From positions 64,001 through 128,000 of the forward strand of contig JAWOEX010000010.1 in the NCBI GenBank assembly GCA_046482545.1: 64,000 nt of DNA. The letters run 5' to 3'. Position numbers and translations under genes: made by a program. The notes under the pieces are model-generated. The model had not been told where the DNA came from. It did not search any database and worked only from the letters and a program-made list of their open reading frames with translations. This document shows, in pieces, positions 41,059 through 50,991 of the stretch; positions within the stretch are counted from its first letter, which is position 1, and every line of letters starts with the position of its first letter. Source of the DNA: Candidatus Thorarchaeota archaeon. GTDB taxonomy: Archaea > Asgardarchaeota > Thorarchaeia > Thorarchaeales > Thorarchaeaceae.

Positions 41059-42070
41059 GTGTGCTTAATGCATTCCATAATGCATCTGTATCATATCTTT
41101 CAACATGATGCGACTGGAAGTCTTCGACAAGCAGTCTCGTTTCCGTGTCATTAGATATGGTGCCAATTATGGTGGCTTGGATGCCCCTCTCCTCAATTGC
41201 ATGTACGACTTCTTCGGCATAACCAGATGAACAGGTTATCAACATACAACCACTGCTTATCAAATTGAGCCAATCCACTCCAATTGCGTCGCATATTGCG
41301 GTTGTTGCTGGATGAAAGGGAATACTCTCCAAGTTCACTTCAAAACCAACATCACTTGCATCACATAGTTCGTGCAAGCCACCAGAAATCCCGCCTTCTG
41401 TCGGATCGTGCATTGCAGTTACGTGGCCGGTTCCAAAAGCCGTAAGGCCCTCCTCAACAACGCTAATCTTATCTCGGATTGCGATTCCCTCCTCGACCAA
41501 ATCTATACCAATGACTTCAGTTAGATATTCACGTCCTTCTGAAGCCAGAATTGCGGTTCCCTCGATGGCAGCGGTCTTTGTCATAACAATTGCATCCCCC
41601 GGTTGCGCCCCACTTGATGTCACATATTCTCCAGGATTAGTCAACCCCAGCATAAATCCAGCTATTATAGGACGCGGAAGACCCTGAGTTATCTCTGTGT
41701 GTCCACCAGCTACCGAAATACCTAGAGAGTCTGTCGCTTCGTTAATCTGTTGCATAATTTTGGCTAAGTCATCTTCATTAGACGCTTCGGGCAGCATAAT
41801 CGAGTTCAGGAACCATTTCGGAGCCACTCCGAAGGTTGCTATATCATTGGCATTTACGTGCACAGATAGCCATCCTGCATCTTCTATCGAGCCAGTTATA
41901 GGATCAGTTGCCGCCACAAGCACCTTGTCACCAAACCGAATCAGGCAAGCATCTTGTCCAATACCTGGACCGAGAATCAGATCTGAATCTTCCTTTCCGA
42001 GGTGAGTGAAAACGAGCTCCTTGAGCATCTTGGGGGGAATTTTTCCGGGCAACAACGTTTCATTCTCCAT
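41036..42070 (-). CDS. AIR synthase-related protein (HypE/ThiL-like)
   Basis: GK, GPGIGQD, TDPIT, NANDIA, GGHTE, MHDPTEGG. Confidence 0.88.
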   Translation of the reverse strand: MENETLLPGKIPPKMLKELVFTHLGKEDSDLILGPGIGQDACLIRFGDKVLVAATDPITGSIEDAGWLSVHVNANDIATFGVAPKWFLNSIMLPEASNEDDLAKIMQQINEATDSLGISVAGGHTEITQGLPRPIIAGFMLGLTNPGEYVTSSGAQPGDAIVMTKTAAIEGTAILASEGREYLTEVIGIDLVEEGIAIRDKISVVEEGLTAFGTGHVTAMHDPTEGGISGGLHELCDASDVGFEVNLESIPFHPATTAICDAIGVDWLNLISSGCMLITCSSGYAEEVVHAIEERGIQATIIGTISNDTETRLLVEDFQSHHVERYDTDALWNALSTLNERVDT

Positions 42071-42198
42071 TCTGTCGCTTGCATGAATATTGGTATGGAT
42101 ATCAAATTTGAGTATCATCACAACGGAAGGCGATGAATTCAGCTGCACAGTTCATACAAATTCCTGTGAGTGTGTTGGGGTTAATAATTCAATCGAGT

Positions 42199-44865
42199 CT
42201 ATTGCAGGTAGCCACTGACGTCCTTCAGGTCGTGAGCCTGCAACGAGGGGGTATTAGCGGCAGCCTCTAGTAGGGTATCGATTACCGAATCTGCGCGTGT
42301 TACTTCTGTACAAAGCAGAGCCCGACTCCCAGCGATTTTTGCTACAAGGTAGGCACCGAATTCTTTCCGGAACGCTGAAACTGATAGAATTGTCTCAATT
42401 GGATCCGAGTGGCCCTCTTTGCGCATGCGAAGATATGTAGCAAGTTCCAATGCCTGATGATAGGGCCGCTTCAAGATGGAACTCCACTTGATTTGGTTTC
42501 GGTTCACATTGACAGGTACAACCGGCACATCGTTTTTCTTCAAAATACGCGTGGACTTGATGATGTCGCGTACTGGTGTATATCTAGGATGACCTGGGCC
42601 TGCAGATTGTTCTAGTGGGATATTGGGCGCAAAATCGGAGAGAAGAACAACTAATGGTTGAACTCCTCGATTCCTCATCCGCTCTCGTTTCACAGTCTCA
42701 AGTGATTTCATAAGTCCCTCAGCCAAAGGAGTCAATCCTGAAATCCTGAGCTTTAGAAGAGCACGATATAGACGATTCCAGTTTGTTGTTGGAGCCTGAA
42801 CCTCAATGGCTCCGCTATCCTTGAAGGCGATAATCCCTACACGATCCTTGGAACCGCGCGTTTCATCCTCAATTCGTTGCACAATCTCACGAATATGTTT
42901 CAGACTTCCTTTGATAGACATACTCACATCTATGACGAGCAGAACTGTCAGTGGTGTCTTGCCCGAGAATATTCGTTCTCTCAAATCCGATTTTGTAATC
43001 TGCAGGTAATCAGTGTCATCAATTTGGCCAGTTCTGGCAACAGCTGCAACTAACGACGCAGGAAGATCTATGCTCTGAACCTCCCCTACAGGTATCCGTG
43101 ATCTTGTGGAGCGACCATGTTGGGCGATTTCCGAAGATTGCATCGAACCCACAGAACGAGTCGAACGATTTTTTCTAGACCATGCACCGGAAGTGACTCT
43201 GGACCGCACCAGTGACCTCTTCTGAATCTCTTCCTTCTCAAAAACAGGTTCACCAGCATCAAGGTCAGGAGTCTTAACGAAAAACGTATTTTCGAGGTCC
43301 AAAGGTGGTTGACGGATGTCTGACTTGGATCCAATTACTTCAGATTTCTCCGTCTCACTGTATTGCCCAGTGGCTATCCCCCATTCATCTCCCGCTTGTG
43401 GTTCTGCCTTGCCGGGTTCGACTACATCAATACCTGCTGCAGGACCACTCTTTCGTTTCTGCATGGTCCGAAGCCACCGTCGGATAGTTAGAGCAATGAG
43501 TGGGACATAGATTACTGCGTTCAAAACGAGTAGCGGCGGAGGAGGAAAGACTCCAATCCCAGATCCAAAGAGAATATTGAGGGGACTCAGGTAAATCCAA
43601 GCAAAGAAACCAAAGAAAGCAACCATCATGACAACAAGGATAGTTCCTCTAATCGGAAGGCCTCTAGGATTCCTTACTTTCGACGTTTTTTTTTTGCCTT
43701 CTTGGCCTCCCCATGCGGCAAACGAAGACTGTCTTCCGAATTTCCACCCGCTCTTTCGTTCATCAGTCTCTTCTGAGGAAGCTGGCACTTCGGTGGGCGA
43801 TTTCCTTTCATCGTCAGTCTTGGTGATGTCCGCAGCCCGAGTAATTGCTTTATCAATCTCGGAAGGAGACGGAGGTTCCAAGAGACCGCCGCGCCGTGTC
43901 CTGTGACTAAGCGCCAGTTGAGCTCCAAGCTTCATATCTTCCAAAGTAACGTATTTCCGTCCTTGGAAGGCTGCGTGGGTTATAGCCGCCTTACTGATAA
44001 CAATATCAGGTCTGACTCCATCAACCTCTAGAGCATCACAAGCCATTGCTATTGCCCGTAATTTGGATTCACTAAATACAATTCCGTCAAGAATATCTCT
44101 AGCTTTGACAATTCGCTCCCGCAGCTGTGCTTGCAGCTCGGACCACTTTTCTCTAAATTCCTTAGGATTCTGCTCAAATTCAAGATTCCGTCGAACTAAT
44201 TGCATCCGTTCTTCAATTGAATGCCCACCTCCCACAGATACATGCAAAGGGAATCGATCCAACAATTGAGGTCTGAGCTCTCCTTCTTCTGGATTCATAG
44301 AACCCATCAATACAAAATCTGCAGGATGGGAGACGGATATACCTTCACGCTGTACAACATTAACTTTCGTTGCTGCCGCGTCAAGTAAATCGTCAACAAG
44401 GTGATCAGGAAGCAGATTGACCTCATCAACATACAGAATATTCTGATTGGCCTCTGCCAGAATTCCCGGCTGCAATGCCCGAATTCCTTCTTGGAGTATA
44501 CGTTCTATATCGAGAGAGCCCACAAGGCGATCTTCGGTTGTCGAAAGCGGGAGATTAACGACGCGCATCTTCCGTTTTTCAGTCGAGAGAGACTCACCTG
44601 ATTCAACCCTTGCTCGACAATCAGCACAGAGGAGTTCCTCATTCAAAGGGTTGCAGCTAAAGGGGCAATCGCTTACGACTTCCACTTTAGGCAACAGGTC
44701 GGCTAACGCCCTGACAATAGTTGTCTTGCCGGTACCCTTGGCTCCAGAAACCAACACGCCTCCAATTCGCGGATTGACACCATTCAGAATCAGAGCAATC
44801 TTTAGTCGTTCCAGTCCCACTAGAGCGGTGAATGGTAGAACAGACCTTCCGCGAGGCTCACTCAC
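42199..44865 (-). CDS. Mg/Co-chelatase ChlI/ChlD-like AAA+ ATPase – two TM helices – vWA fusion
   Basis: PFTALVG, GAKGTGKT, EDRLVG, YVDEVNLL, NPEEGELRPQLLDRF; DVSMS MIDAS, TPLA, LSD. Confidence 0.85.
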   Translation of the reverse strand: MSEPRGRSVLPFTALVGLERLKIALILNGVNPRIGGVLVSGAKGTGKTTIVRALADLLPKVEVVSDCPFSCNPLNEELLCADCRARVESGESLSTEKRKMRVVNLPLSTTEDRLVGSLDIERILQEGIRALQPGILAEANQNILYVDEVNLLPDHLVDDLLDAAATKVNVVQREGISVSHPADFVLMGSMNPEEGELRPQLLDRFPLHVSVGGGHSIEERMQLVRRNLEFEQNPKEFREKWSELQAQLRERIVKARDILDGIVFSESKLRAIAMACDALEVDGVRPDIVISKAAITHAAFQGRKYVTLEDMKLGAQLALSHRTRRGGLLEPPSPSEIDKAITRAADITKTDDERKSPTEVPASSEETDERKSGWKFGRQSSFAAWGGQEGKKKTSKVRNPRGLPIRGTILVVMMVAFFGFFAWIYLSPLNILFGSGIGVFPPPPLLVLNAVIYVPLIALTIRRWLRTMQKRKSGPAAGIDVVEPGKAEPQAGDEWGIATGQYSETEKSEVIGSKSDIRQPPLDLENTFFVKTPDLDAGEPVFEKEEIQKRSLVRSRVTSGAWSRKNRSTRSVGSMQSSEIAQHGRSTRSRIPVGEVQSIDLPASLVAAVARTGQIDDTDYLQITKSDLRERIFSGKTPLTVLLVIDVSMSIKGSLKHIREIVQRIEDETRGSKDRVGIIAFKDSGAIEVQAPTTNWNRLYRALLKLRISGLTPLAEGLMKSLETVKRERMRNRGVQPLVVLLSDFAPNIPLEQSAGPGHPRYTPVRDIIKSTRILKKNDVPVVPVNVNRNQIKWSSILKRPYHQALELATYLRMRKEGHSDPIETILSVSAFRKEFGAYLVAKIAGSRALLCTEVTRADSVIDTLLEAAANTPSLQAHDLKDVSGYLQ

Positions 44866-44948
44866 TGGATTTCCCTTCCCTTATTTGAGAAAAGAATGAA
44901 AAATAGCCAAATAAGGGTGTGCTTCCCCGTAGTATATGAGTTGACACT

Positions 44949-46097
44949 ATGACCTCACGAATGACTCATCTTCACTGTCCAAACTGTGGAAAGAAATACA
45001 AGGCTGAACCCGGAATTTCATACTGCTCATGCGGCTCTCCCATTTTTGCACAATATGATATCAAAGCTGTTTCGGAGGATATTGCAAACAATGATTTCCC
45101 CGGAAGGGAGAATTCGATGTGGAGATATGCCAGTCTGTTACCTGTTGACTCGCGAAGAGCTGTCACATTGGGTGAAGGTTGGACTCCTTTACTTTCATCA
45201 AAACGTATCCATGAATACATGGGCCTAGAATCGGTCTATATCAAGCAAGAATCGCAAAACCCTACGTTGAGCTTCAAAGATCGTGGACTCAGTGCCGCTA
45301 TCTCCAAACACACTCAACTTCGGAGCAACCATTTTGTAATTCCATCAGCAGGTAATGCAGCCATATCCATGTCAGCTTATGCTGCAGCTGCTGGGGCTCT
45401 AGCGACAGTTTACATGCCTGAAAATACACATGAGTCATTTTTCCAAGCTTGTTCCCAATATGGAACAGAAGTCATTGCTGTGAAAGGAACTATCGCAGAT
45501 TGCGGTACAGCGGTACAGAAAAATGAGGGGGTTTGGACCGATATCTCAACAACAAAAGAGCCATTTCGGGTGGAAGGTAAGAAAACACTAGGTTTCGAAA
45601 TATGTGAACAGATGAACTGGTCACTTCCTGAAGTGATTATCTGTCCTACCGGCGGAGGAACCGCACTTCTCGGTATATGGAAAGGAATACAGGAGCTTGA
45701 GAATGTGGGACTCATCGATGGGACCCGGCCCCGTATGTTTGCAGCGCAGAGTGATGGTTGTGCGCCCGTCGTCCGAGCGTTCAAAGCCGGATCCAAGACA
45801 ATTGAGCCTTGGGAAGATAGTGAGACAAAGGCCTTAGGTCTGCGTGTTCCAAAACCATTCGCAGATGAATTGATTCTAGATATACTGCGAGAGTCAGAAG
45901 GAGGAGCAGTAGCAGTAGATGAAAAATCGATTGGAAAAACTAGACGATTAGTAGCAGAAGACGAGGGTATTGATATGTGCCCCGAAGCTGCGGTGGCTAT
46001 CGCTGGAGCAAAGAAACTTGTTGAACAGAGAAACATAGACAAGAATGAAGATGTCGTGGTTCTGAACACCGGTTCAGGGGTCAGATATCCAAGCTAG
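44949..46097 (+). CDS. thrC: threonine synthase
   Basis: Zn ribbon, TLGEGWTPL, NPTLSFKDRG, SAGNA, EGKKT, PTGGG. Confidence 0.88.
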   Translation: MTSRMTHLHCPNCGKKYKAEPGISYCSCGSPIFAQYDIKAVSEDIANNDFPGRENSMWRYASLLPVDSRRAVTLGEGWTPLLSSKRIHEYMGLESVYIKQESQNPTLSFKDRGLSAAISKHTQLRSNHFVIPSAGNAAISMSAYAAAAGALATVYMPENTHESFFQACSQYGTEVIAVKGTIADCGTAVQKNEGVWTDISTTKEPFRVEGKKTLGFEICEQMNWSLPEVIICPTGGGTALLGIWKGIQELENVGLIDGTRPRMFAAQSDGCAPVVRAFKAGSKTIEPWEDSETKALGLRVPKPFADELILDILRESEGGAVAVDEKSIGKTRRLVAEDEGIDMCPEAAVAIAGAKKLVEQRNIDKNEDVVVLNTGSGVRYPS

Positions 46098-46735
46098 GTT
46101 TTATTTGGCAGGTGGTCAAGAATAAATCTCAAATCATTCTCTTTTATTACAACGTCAGCTGCTTCTGCTACTTCGTCATCTTCCGGACAAAACGCTATTG
46201 AAAGTCCCACATGAGAAAAAGCGCTGACATCATTTTTCCCATCACCTACGTATGCGGTTTGTTCTAGTGGAACAGCAAAGCGATTAGCGATTTGTTGGAT
46301 TAGACTACCCTTCTCCCCCCATTCGACACGCACATCCACTTCACCTGTAATCTTACCATCCTCGTGTAGTAAGCGATTTGTCATAACACAGTCTATGCCT
46401 AAACGATTTCCGACATGTTCTGCTACTATATCTAACCCTCCAGATATGATGGCCAACTCAGCCCCCGCATCCTTGAGAGCTTCAACTGTCTCCATCGCCC
46501 CCGGAGTCAAGTCGGATGTCTTCGCTAATTCTGCTGCATCTTCAATTTTTTTGCCTTTCCATAATGATGCATCTAGAGTTGCCCATTGTTTATAGTTAAT
46601 ATCACCAGCGAAGTACCGATTGAAATACGCCTTACCTTCAGCTTGGGTTCCAAAATGCTCGTGCAGTCTCCACCAGATAGAGGAATGGGTTGTAAGAGTG
46701 CCATCAACATCAAACACTACAAGGCGTATTGTCAT
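46094..46735 (-). CDS. HAD-IB phosphatase (phosphoserine phosphatase-like)
   Basis: FDVDGT, ISGG, K, GDGKND. Confidence 0.85.
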   Translation of the reverse strand: MTIRLVVFDVDGTLTTHSSIWWRLHEHFGTQAEGKAYFNRYFAGDINYKQWATLDASLWKGKKIEDAAELAKTSDLTPGAMETVEALKDAGAELAIISGGLDIVAEHVGNRLGIDCVMTNRLLHEDGKITGEVDVRVEWGEKGSLIQQIANRFAVPLEQTAYVGDGKNDVSAFSHVGLSIAFCPEDDEVAEAADVVIKENDLRFILDHLPNKT

Positions 46736-46766
46736 TTATTATCCCGTACCAAATCACAAATCAGTA

Positions 46767-47417
46767 TTATGAACTTCGCTCTCGTTCAGTGCGTGCTTCT
46801 TCTTCCAACTCTAGTAGAAGCTCCTCAACCCTATTAGAAGCAGCCTCATTTCGTTGCTTCACAGCCGCCTGTTGCTTCTCGACCGATGGAACAGCAGTTT
46901 TTTTCTCCATAAGAACTTCGGCTTCAATATTGCTCAGCCGTTTCTCAATCTGTTCTTCTTCCGCAATAGTTGTTCCTGACCCAACTAAATCCTCTGATAG
47001 GAGCTCACTCGATATGGACACTCGCTCCAGAGAATCTGAGAGTTTATCCATTTCTTCCTGAATTTCAGCAGGTGAAAGCATATCCCGAGCTTGATTCAAT
47101 GCCCGGTTTGCAGTGCGAAGGGTTTTGAGAATCCTGGTCTGATCGCTAGATTCTTCTATGCTCATCAATGCAGATTGAAGAGTCTGGAATTGCTGCTGAT
47201 ACCTACCAAGTCTCTTCTCAAGGTCAACCGCTACTCCAAGATGAGTTCTGGCTACGCTTTTGTTTCCTTGTTTTACAGCCTTCTTCGCTGCACGATGCTC
47301 CTCGGAAATACGGGTTTCGAGCTTCCTTATGCGGAGAGTGATAGCGTTCATAGTCCCTTTAATCTCTAGAATTCCTCTCTCGGCATCAACTTCCTTCTTG
47401 CCGCTTAGGAAACCCAT
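46767..47417 (-). CDS. ESCRT-III (Snf7 family) protein
   Basis: Helical hairpin with AKKAVKQGNKSVAR, basic N-half and acidic C-half, C-terminal ELLLEL helix. Confidence 0.8.
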   Translation of the reverse strand: MGFLSGKKEVDAERGILEIKGTMNAITLRIRKLETRISEEHRAAKKAVKQGNKSVARTHLGVAVDLEKRLGRYQQQFQTLQSALMSIEESSDQTRILKTLRTANRALNQARDMLSPAEIQEEMDKLSDSLERVSISSELLSEDLVGSGTTIAEEEQIEKRLSNIEAEVLMEKKTAVPSVEKQQAAVKQRNEAASNRVEELLLELEEEARTERERSS

Positions 47418-47506
47418 AATGTGCACCAGTCCGGTTCTACAACCTGTCTCCTCAGCGAGAGCATTTAAACGATTGGACTATCCAGACATATAACGGAAGT
47501 CTCAGC

Positions 47507-48325
47507 ATGAGAATTATTGACACTCTCCGAAAGGCAGTAGAATCCGCCCGTGAATTGATCCTTGACAACATTGAGAGAGCACGTGTAAAAACAGGGAAAA
47601 GGAATCCTTTTGGTGACCAGACCCTCGCTCTTGACAAGGAAACTGAAGATATAGTCATCAATGTGCTCCAAGAATCTGACACAACTTTTTCGATTATGAC
47701 TGAAGAACAGGGTATTGTCGAGCAAGACAGCCGGCCTGACTATATTGCTATCGTCGACCCCATTGATGGTTCTGCGAACCTAGAAAGAGGCATACCCATT
47801 TGTTCAATTGGTATTTCGGTTTTGCCCTATGGCGAAAGACTCACGACAGATGACCTCGAAGTGAGCATCATCCAGTCATACTTTACCAATGAAACCTATG
47901 TGGCAATGAAGGGTAAAGGTGTGACCCTCAACGGCAAGCAGATAAGACCAAGGGAGAAAAGCCCGATTGCGGAGACGATAATCTCATACGATACAAAAAA
48001 GCAGTGGGATGAAGAATTCTCTGCGGCTTCTTTGCGGGTACTGAAAAATGTCTTTGATATGCGCCGCAGTGCAAGCAATCTGCTCGACCTGTGCTGGACA
48101 GCCGCAGGAGGCCTTGATGCGATGCTCGATCTTCGCGGTGTCTTGCCAATTGTGCATGTCTCTGGCACCCACATGGTTACTGAGGCTGGAGGATTCGTTG
48201 TTGATTTCCAAGGATCCAGATTGAAGCTCCCAATAGATTACGACGAGAGAATGAGTTTCGTCGCGGCGTCGAATGAAATATTGGCTAGAAATCTTTTAGC
48301 TCTTTGGCAGGGCACTAAGAGCTGA
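47507..48325 (+). CDS. inositol monophosphatase / FBPase family protein
   Basis: TEE, VDPIDGSAN, EAGG. Confidence 0.88.
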   Translation: MRIIDTLRKAVESARELILDNIERARVKTGKRNPFGDQTLALDKETEDIVINVLQESDTTFSIMTEEQGIVEQDSRPDYIAIVDPIDGSANLERGIPICSIGISVLPYGERLTTDDLEVSIIQSYFTNETYVAMKGKGVTLNGKQIRPREKSPIAETIISYDTKKQWDEEFSAASLRVLKNVFDMRRSASNLLDLCWTAAGGLDAMLDLRGVLPIVHVSGTHMVTEAGGFVVDFQGSRLKLPIDYDERMSFVAASNEILARNLLALWQGTKS

Positions 48326-48401
48326 AGCGCAAATTTTAGTCGTATCTAAATTCTTTTTTGTGAGGAACGAGTGTAGGGAAACAGCACAGAGGAGTATTGA
48401 A

Positions 48402-49217
48402 ATGTCTAAATCAAAATCAATGGTGCCTCCCGAAGTGGAGAAGGCGATGAAAAATGTCAAGCATAAGATTGTCATACTCAGTGGGAAAGGTGGAGTAGGC
48501 AAGACCACAGTAGCGACTAACCTAGCCATGTCCTTTGCAAAAAAGGGAAAGAAAGCTGGGATTCTGGACGTAGATATATACGGTCCTAATGTACCCAAGC
48601 TTCTCGGCTTAGAGGGGCAACATCCAACAGCTGAGGAGAAGATGATCCACCCAATTGAAGGCCCATTAGATACGAAAGTTATGAGCATGGCCTTCCTGTT
48701 ACGGAACAAGGATGATGCTGTAGCATGGAGAGGTCCACTAGTAGCGAAAACTATCAGCCAGTTCCTGAGCAATGTTACCTGGGGTGAGCTTGATGTCCTA
48801 GTTGTTGACCTTCCGCCAGGTACAGGTGATGAAATCCTAAGCATCCTTCAATCCATTCCAGACATAGACGGTGTTGTCATTGTGAGCACTCCTCAAGAAG
48901 TTGCAGTAATGGATGCAAGGCGTGCTGTTCGACTTGTTAAGAAAATGGGGGTACCAGTGCTTGGAATCGTTGAGAACATGAGTGAATTTGTCTGCCCCAA
49001 TTGCAGTGAATCATTCAAGCTATATGGTGAAGGAGCAGCTAAGGAAGCAACAGAAGATTTCCAAATCGATTTGCTTGGTTCTCTTCCTTTTGACCCTAGA
49101 GTGATTCAGCGCAGTGACCAGGGAAAACCTTTCGTTATTTCTGAGCCTGATACTGAAGTTTCGAAAGCGTTTGCGAAGGTTGTGGAAAAGCTCACTAAGA
49201 AAATCAATATTGAATAG
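48402..49217 (+). CDS. Mrp/NBP35 Fe-S cluster carrier ATPase
   Basis: SGKGGVGKT, DVDIYGP, WRGP, DLPPGTGD, ENMS..CPNC. Confidence 0.93.
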   Translation: MSKSKSMVPPEVEKAMKNVKHKIVILSGKGGVGKTTVATNLAMSFAKKGKKAGILDVDIYGPNVPKLLGLEGQHPTAEEKMIHPIEGPLDTKVMSMAFLLRNKDDAVAWRGPLVAKTISQFLSNVTWGELDVLVVDLPPGTGDEILSILQSIPDIDGVVIVSTPQEVAVMDARRAVRLVKKMGVPVLGIVENMSEFVCPNCSESFKLYGEGAAKEATEDFQIDLLGSLPFDPRVIQRSDQGKPFVISEPDTEVSKAFAKVVEKLTKKINIE

Positions 49218-49356
49218 TATCAAAAAAAGGGAAAACGGGAATCTGGGATAACTCTTACAAAGACTGAAAACGAGTGAGCATGGAAATACAAGAATAAGTC
49301 AGTATGTCTGGCATTTTTCAATTCCGCTGGTGGAATTGATTTGAAAATGTAATTTT

Positions 49357-49656
49357 CTATTCCTGAGGAACCTCTTCTTTATCAATTCGAACTAGATATG
49401 CTTGGAGGAGCAGAAAGCTAGAAACCGCCATACCAACTTCTATCCAGAAAGTCAGGTGCGCCCCGAACCACTTGATAGGATTAATGGCGAGGTCGCCAAA
49501 GGCAGTCCCAAACACAACAGATTGAATCCACATTGGAACAATGAAAGCTAGTGGCAGAGATACCAAAAGTACCAAGATTATTGAAGCTAGAATCTCAGCT
49601 GTGTACATAAGGACCCGCTTGAGCGATTCGTTAATTTTTGAAAGAGTCTCTGACAT
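49357..49656 (-). CDS. small two-TM membrane protein
   Basis: Two hydrophobic segments. Confidence 0.65.
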   Translation of the reverse strand: MSETLSKINESLKRVLMYTAEILASIILVLLVSLPLAFIVPMWIQSVVFGTAFGDLAINPIKWFGAHLTFWIEVGMAVSSFLLLQAYLVRIDKEEVPQE

Positions 49657-49728
49657 TGTTTTCCCTTTCCTAGGAATTCAGTTTTCACCGTCCTTTTAAC
49701 GCTTGCTAGAACATGAACAAATCTCGAA

Positions 49729-49820
49729 TAAAAGAAGACGGGGTGACCCCCGAGAGATGATCAGGGATTGAGTGTGGATGTCCGAGAGGGAGAGATGTGG
49801 GTCACCCGCTAGTGACAGCT
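49729..49820 (-). ncRNA. candidate CU-rich-loop small RNA 1
   Basis: 9-bp stem GGGTGACCC/GGGTCACCC enclosing a pyrimidine-rich loop, followed by a U-rich tract. Confidence 0.45.
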
Positions 49821-49904
49821 ATGTAATATTATATAATAAGTGTATATAGTATAGATGGATTGACGAATCACAATCGAATTCCCTGTAAAGAAGGAAGATG
49901 GAGC

Positions 49905-49987
49905 AAAAAGAAAGGGCAGGGGGCCCATTCAGAACACAGAAGGAGAAGAGAGAAGATCGTTCGTGAAAGAGTAGCCCCCAGTCACCT
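49905..49987 (-). ncRNA. candidate CU-rich-loop small RNA 2
   Basis: GGGGGC/GCCCCC stem, CU-rich loop, CTTTCTTTTT tail. Confidence 0.45.
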
Positions 49988-50003
49988 TCAGTAATATTAC
50001 TGA
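49988..50003. promoter_or_regulatory. perfect 16-bp palindrome TCAGTAATATTACTGA (candidate operator)
   Basis: Core GTAATATTA recurs at 49823-49831; GTAATAACA at 50031. Confidence 0.5.
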
Positions 50004-50261
50004 GAGAATGCATATAATCAATTTCATGATGTAATAACAAAGAAGGGCCGGAAACTCCTACATCCTGTTTGCACGGGTAACGTGCACACACTCCTCTCCT
50101 CCTCAAGCGCGGGCGTATAAGCCTGTTACAACCAGGGAATCTTTTTCTCGGGCGCTCCTAGCACCTTCACATTTTTCTTGTGGATTGCAAGGTGGTCAGG
50201 AAAATGGGGGCACCCTTGATCAGGTGGGTTCCATAAACTGAAAGAGATTTAGATAGAATGC

Positions 50262-50933
50262 TCATTCCAATGGAAAAGCATACTCTCTTTTCAAATCCTT
50301 GAGTATTGAGCGGACAGTTTGTTCCCGCAGATTCAATTTGCTAGAAATACTTGTAACCGTTTCATCTTGGCTATCAAGGATGCAATACAAAACCCTACGA
50401 ACATTGGGTCTATCAATCTTCTTTACAATATGCGATGCTTTGTGTACAACCCTATTTCGGATATACAATAGAATCGCCCGTTCTCGTTCCATTCTATCAA
50501 GTAATGCATCTATTCGATCCAGTAAATCCGCAAATTCACCTATCTGCTCGCGTTCGTTTTGTTCAGAAATTAACTCGAGCTCTTCAAGAAGCCCAGAAGA
50601 GGATTTGCGAAAATTGGCGGCATCAGGCTCAGTCCTGAAAGATATCATTCGTAGATCAAAAAGATGGGGAGCTAGTTCGATAGTAATCAACAGATTCTTA
50701 CTAAGCGAGTATACTCTCCTCTTGGGTCCTCTTGTGCTATCCTCTAGCTCCGACTCTATTAGCCCCCCTTCTTCCATGATTCTCAGGTGGGACGAAACCA
50801 ATTGTTGACTTATTCCTAGCTCTTTTGCTATACGCAAGGAATAGCCAGGTTCGTGGCTTAAGCGCTCCAGAATTCGTCTTCTGGTGGGATTCTCAAGAAG
50901 GGTTATGAAATCATCAATACTTTCAGTTGTCAT
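50262..50933 (-). CDS. ArsR-type HTH regulator, heat-shock regulator (Phr/HSR1, COG1777)-like
   Basis: LENPTRRRILERL..EP.Y..IAKELGISQQLVSSHL..GP.RR.Y; directly downstream of hsp20. Confidence 0.75.
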   Translation of the reverse strand: MTTESIDDFITLLENPTRRRILERLSHEPGYSLRIAKELGISQQLVSSHLRIMEEGGLIESELEDSTRGPKRRVYSLSKNLLITIELAPHLFDLRMISFRTEPDAANFRKSSSGLLEELELISEQNEREQIGEFADLLDRIDALLDRMERERAILLYIRNRVVHKASHIVKKIDRPNVRRVLYCILDSQDETVTSISSKLNLREQTVRSILKDLKREYAFPLE

Positions 50934-50991
50934 TATAGGGTTGCTCCGATTAGGAAAGAAAAAAGAAGGAAGGAGCGTAGATAGAACTCGA

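Noticed and set aside
49819-50106. 95-aa ORF
   Set aside because: Atypical composition; crosses hairpins, the palindrome and TATA-like boxes
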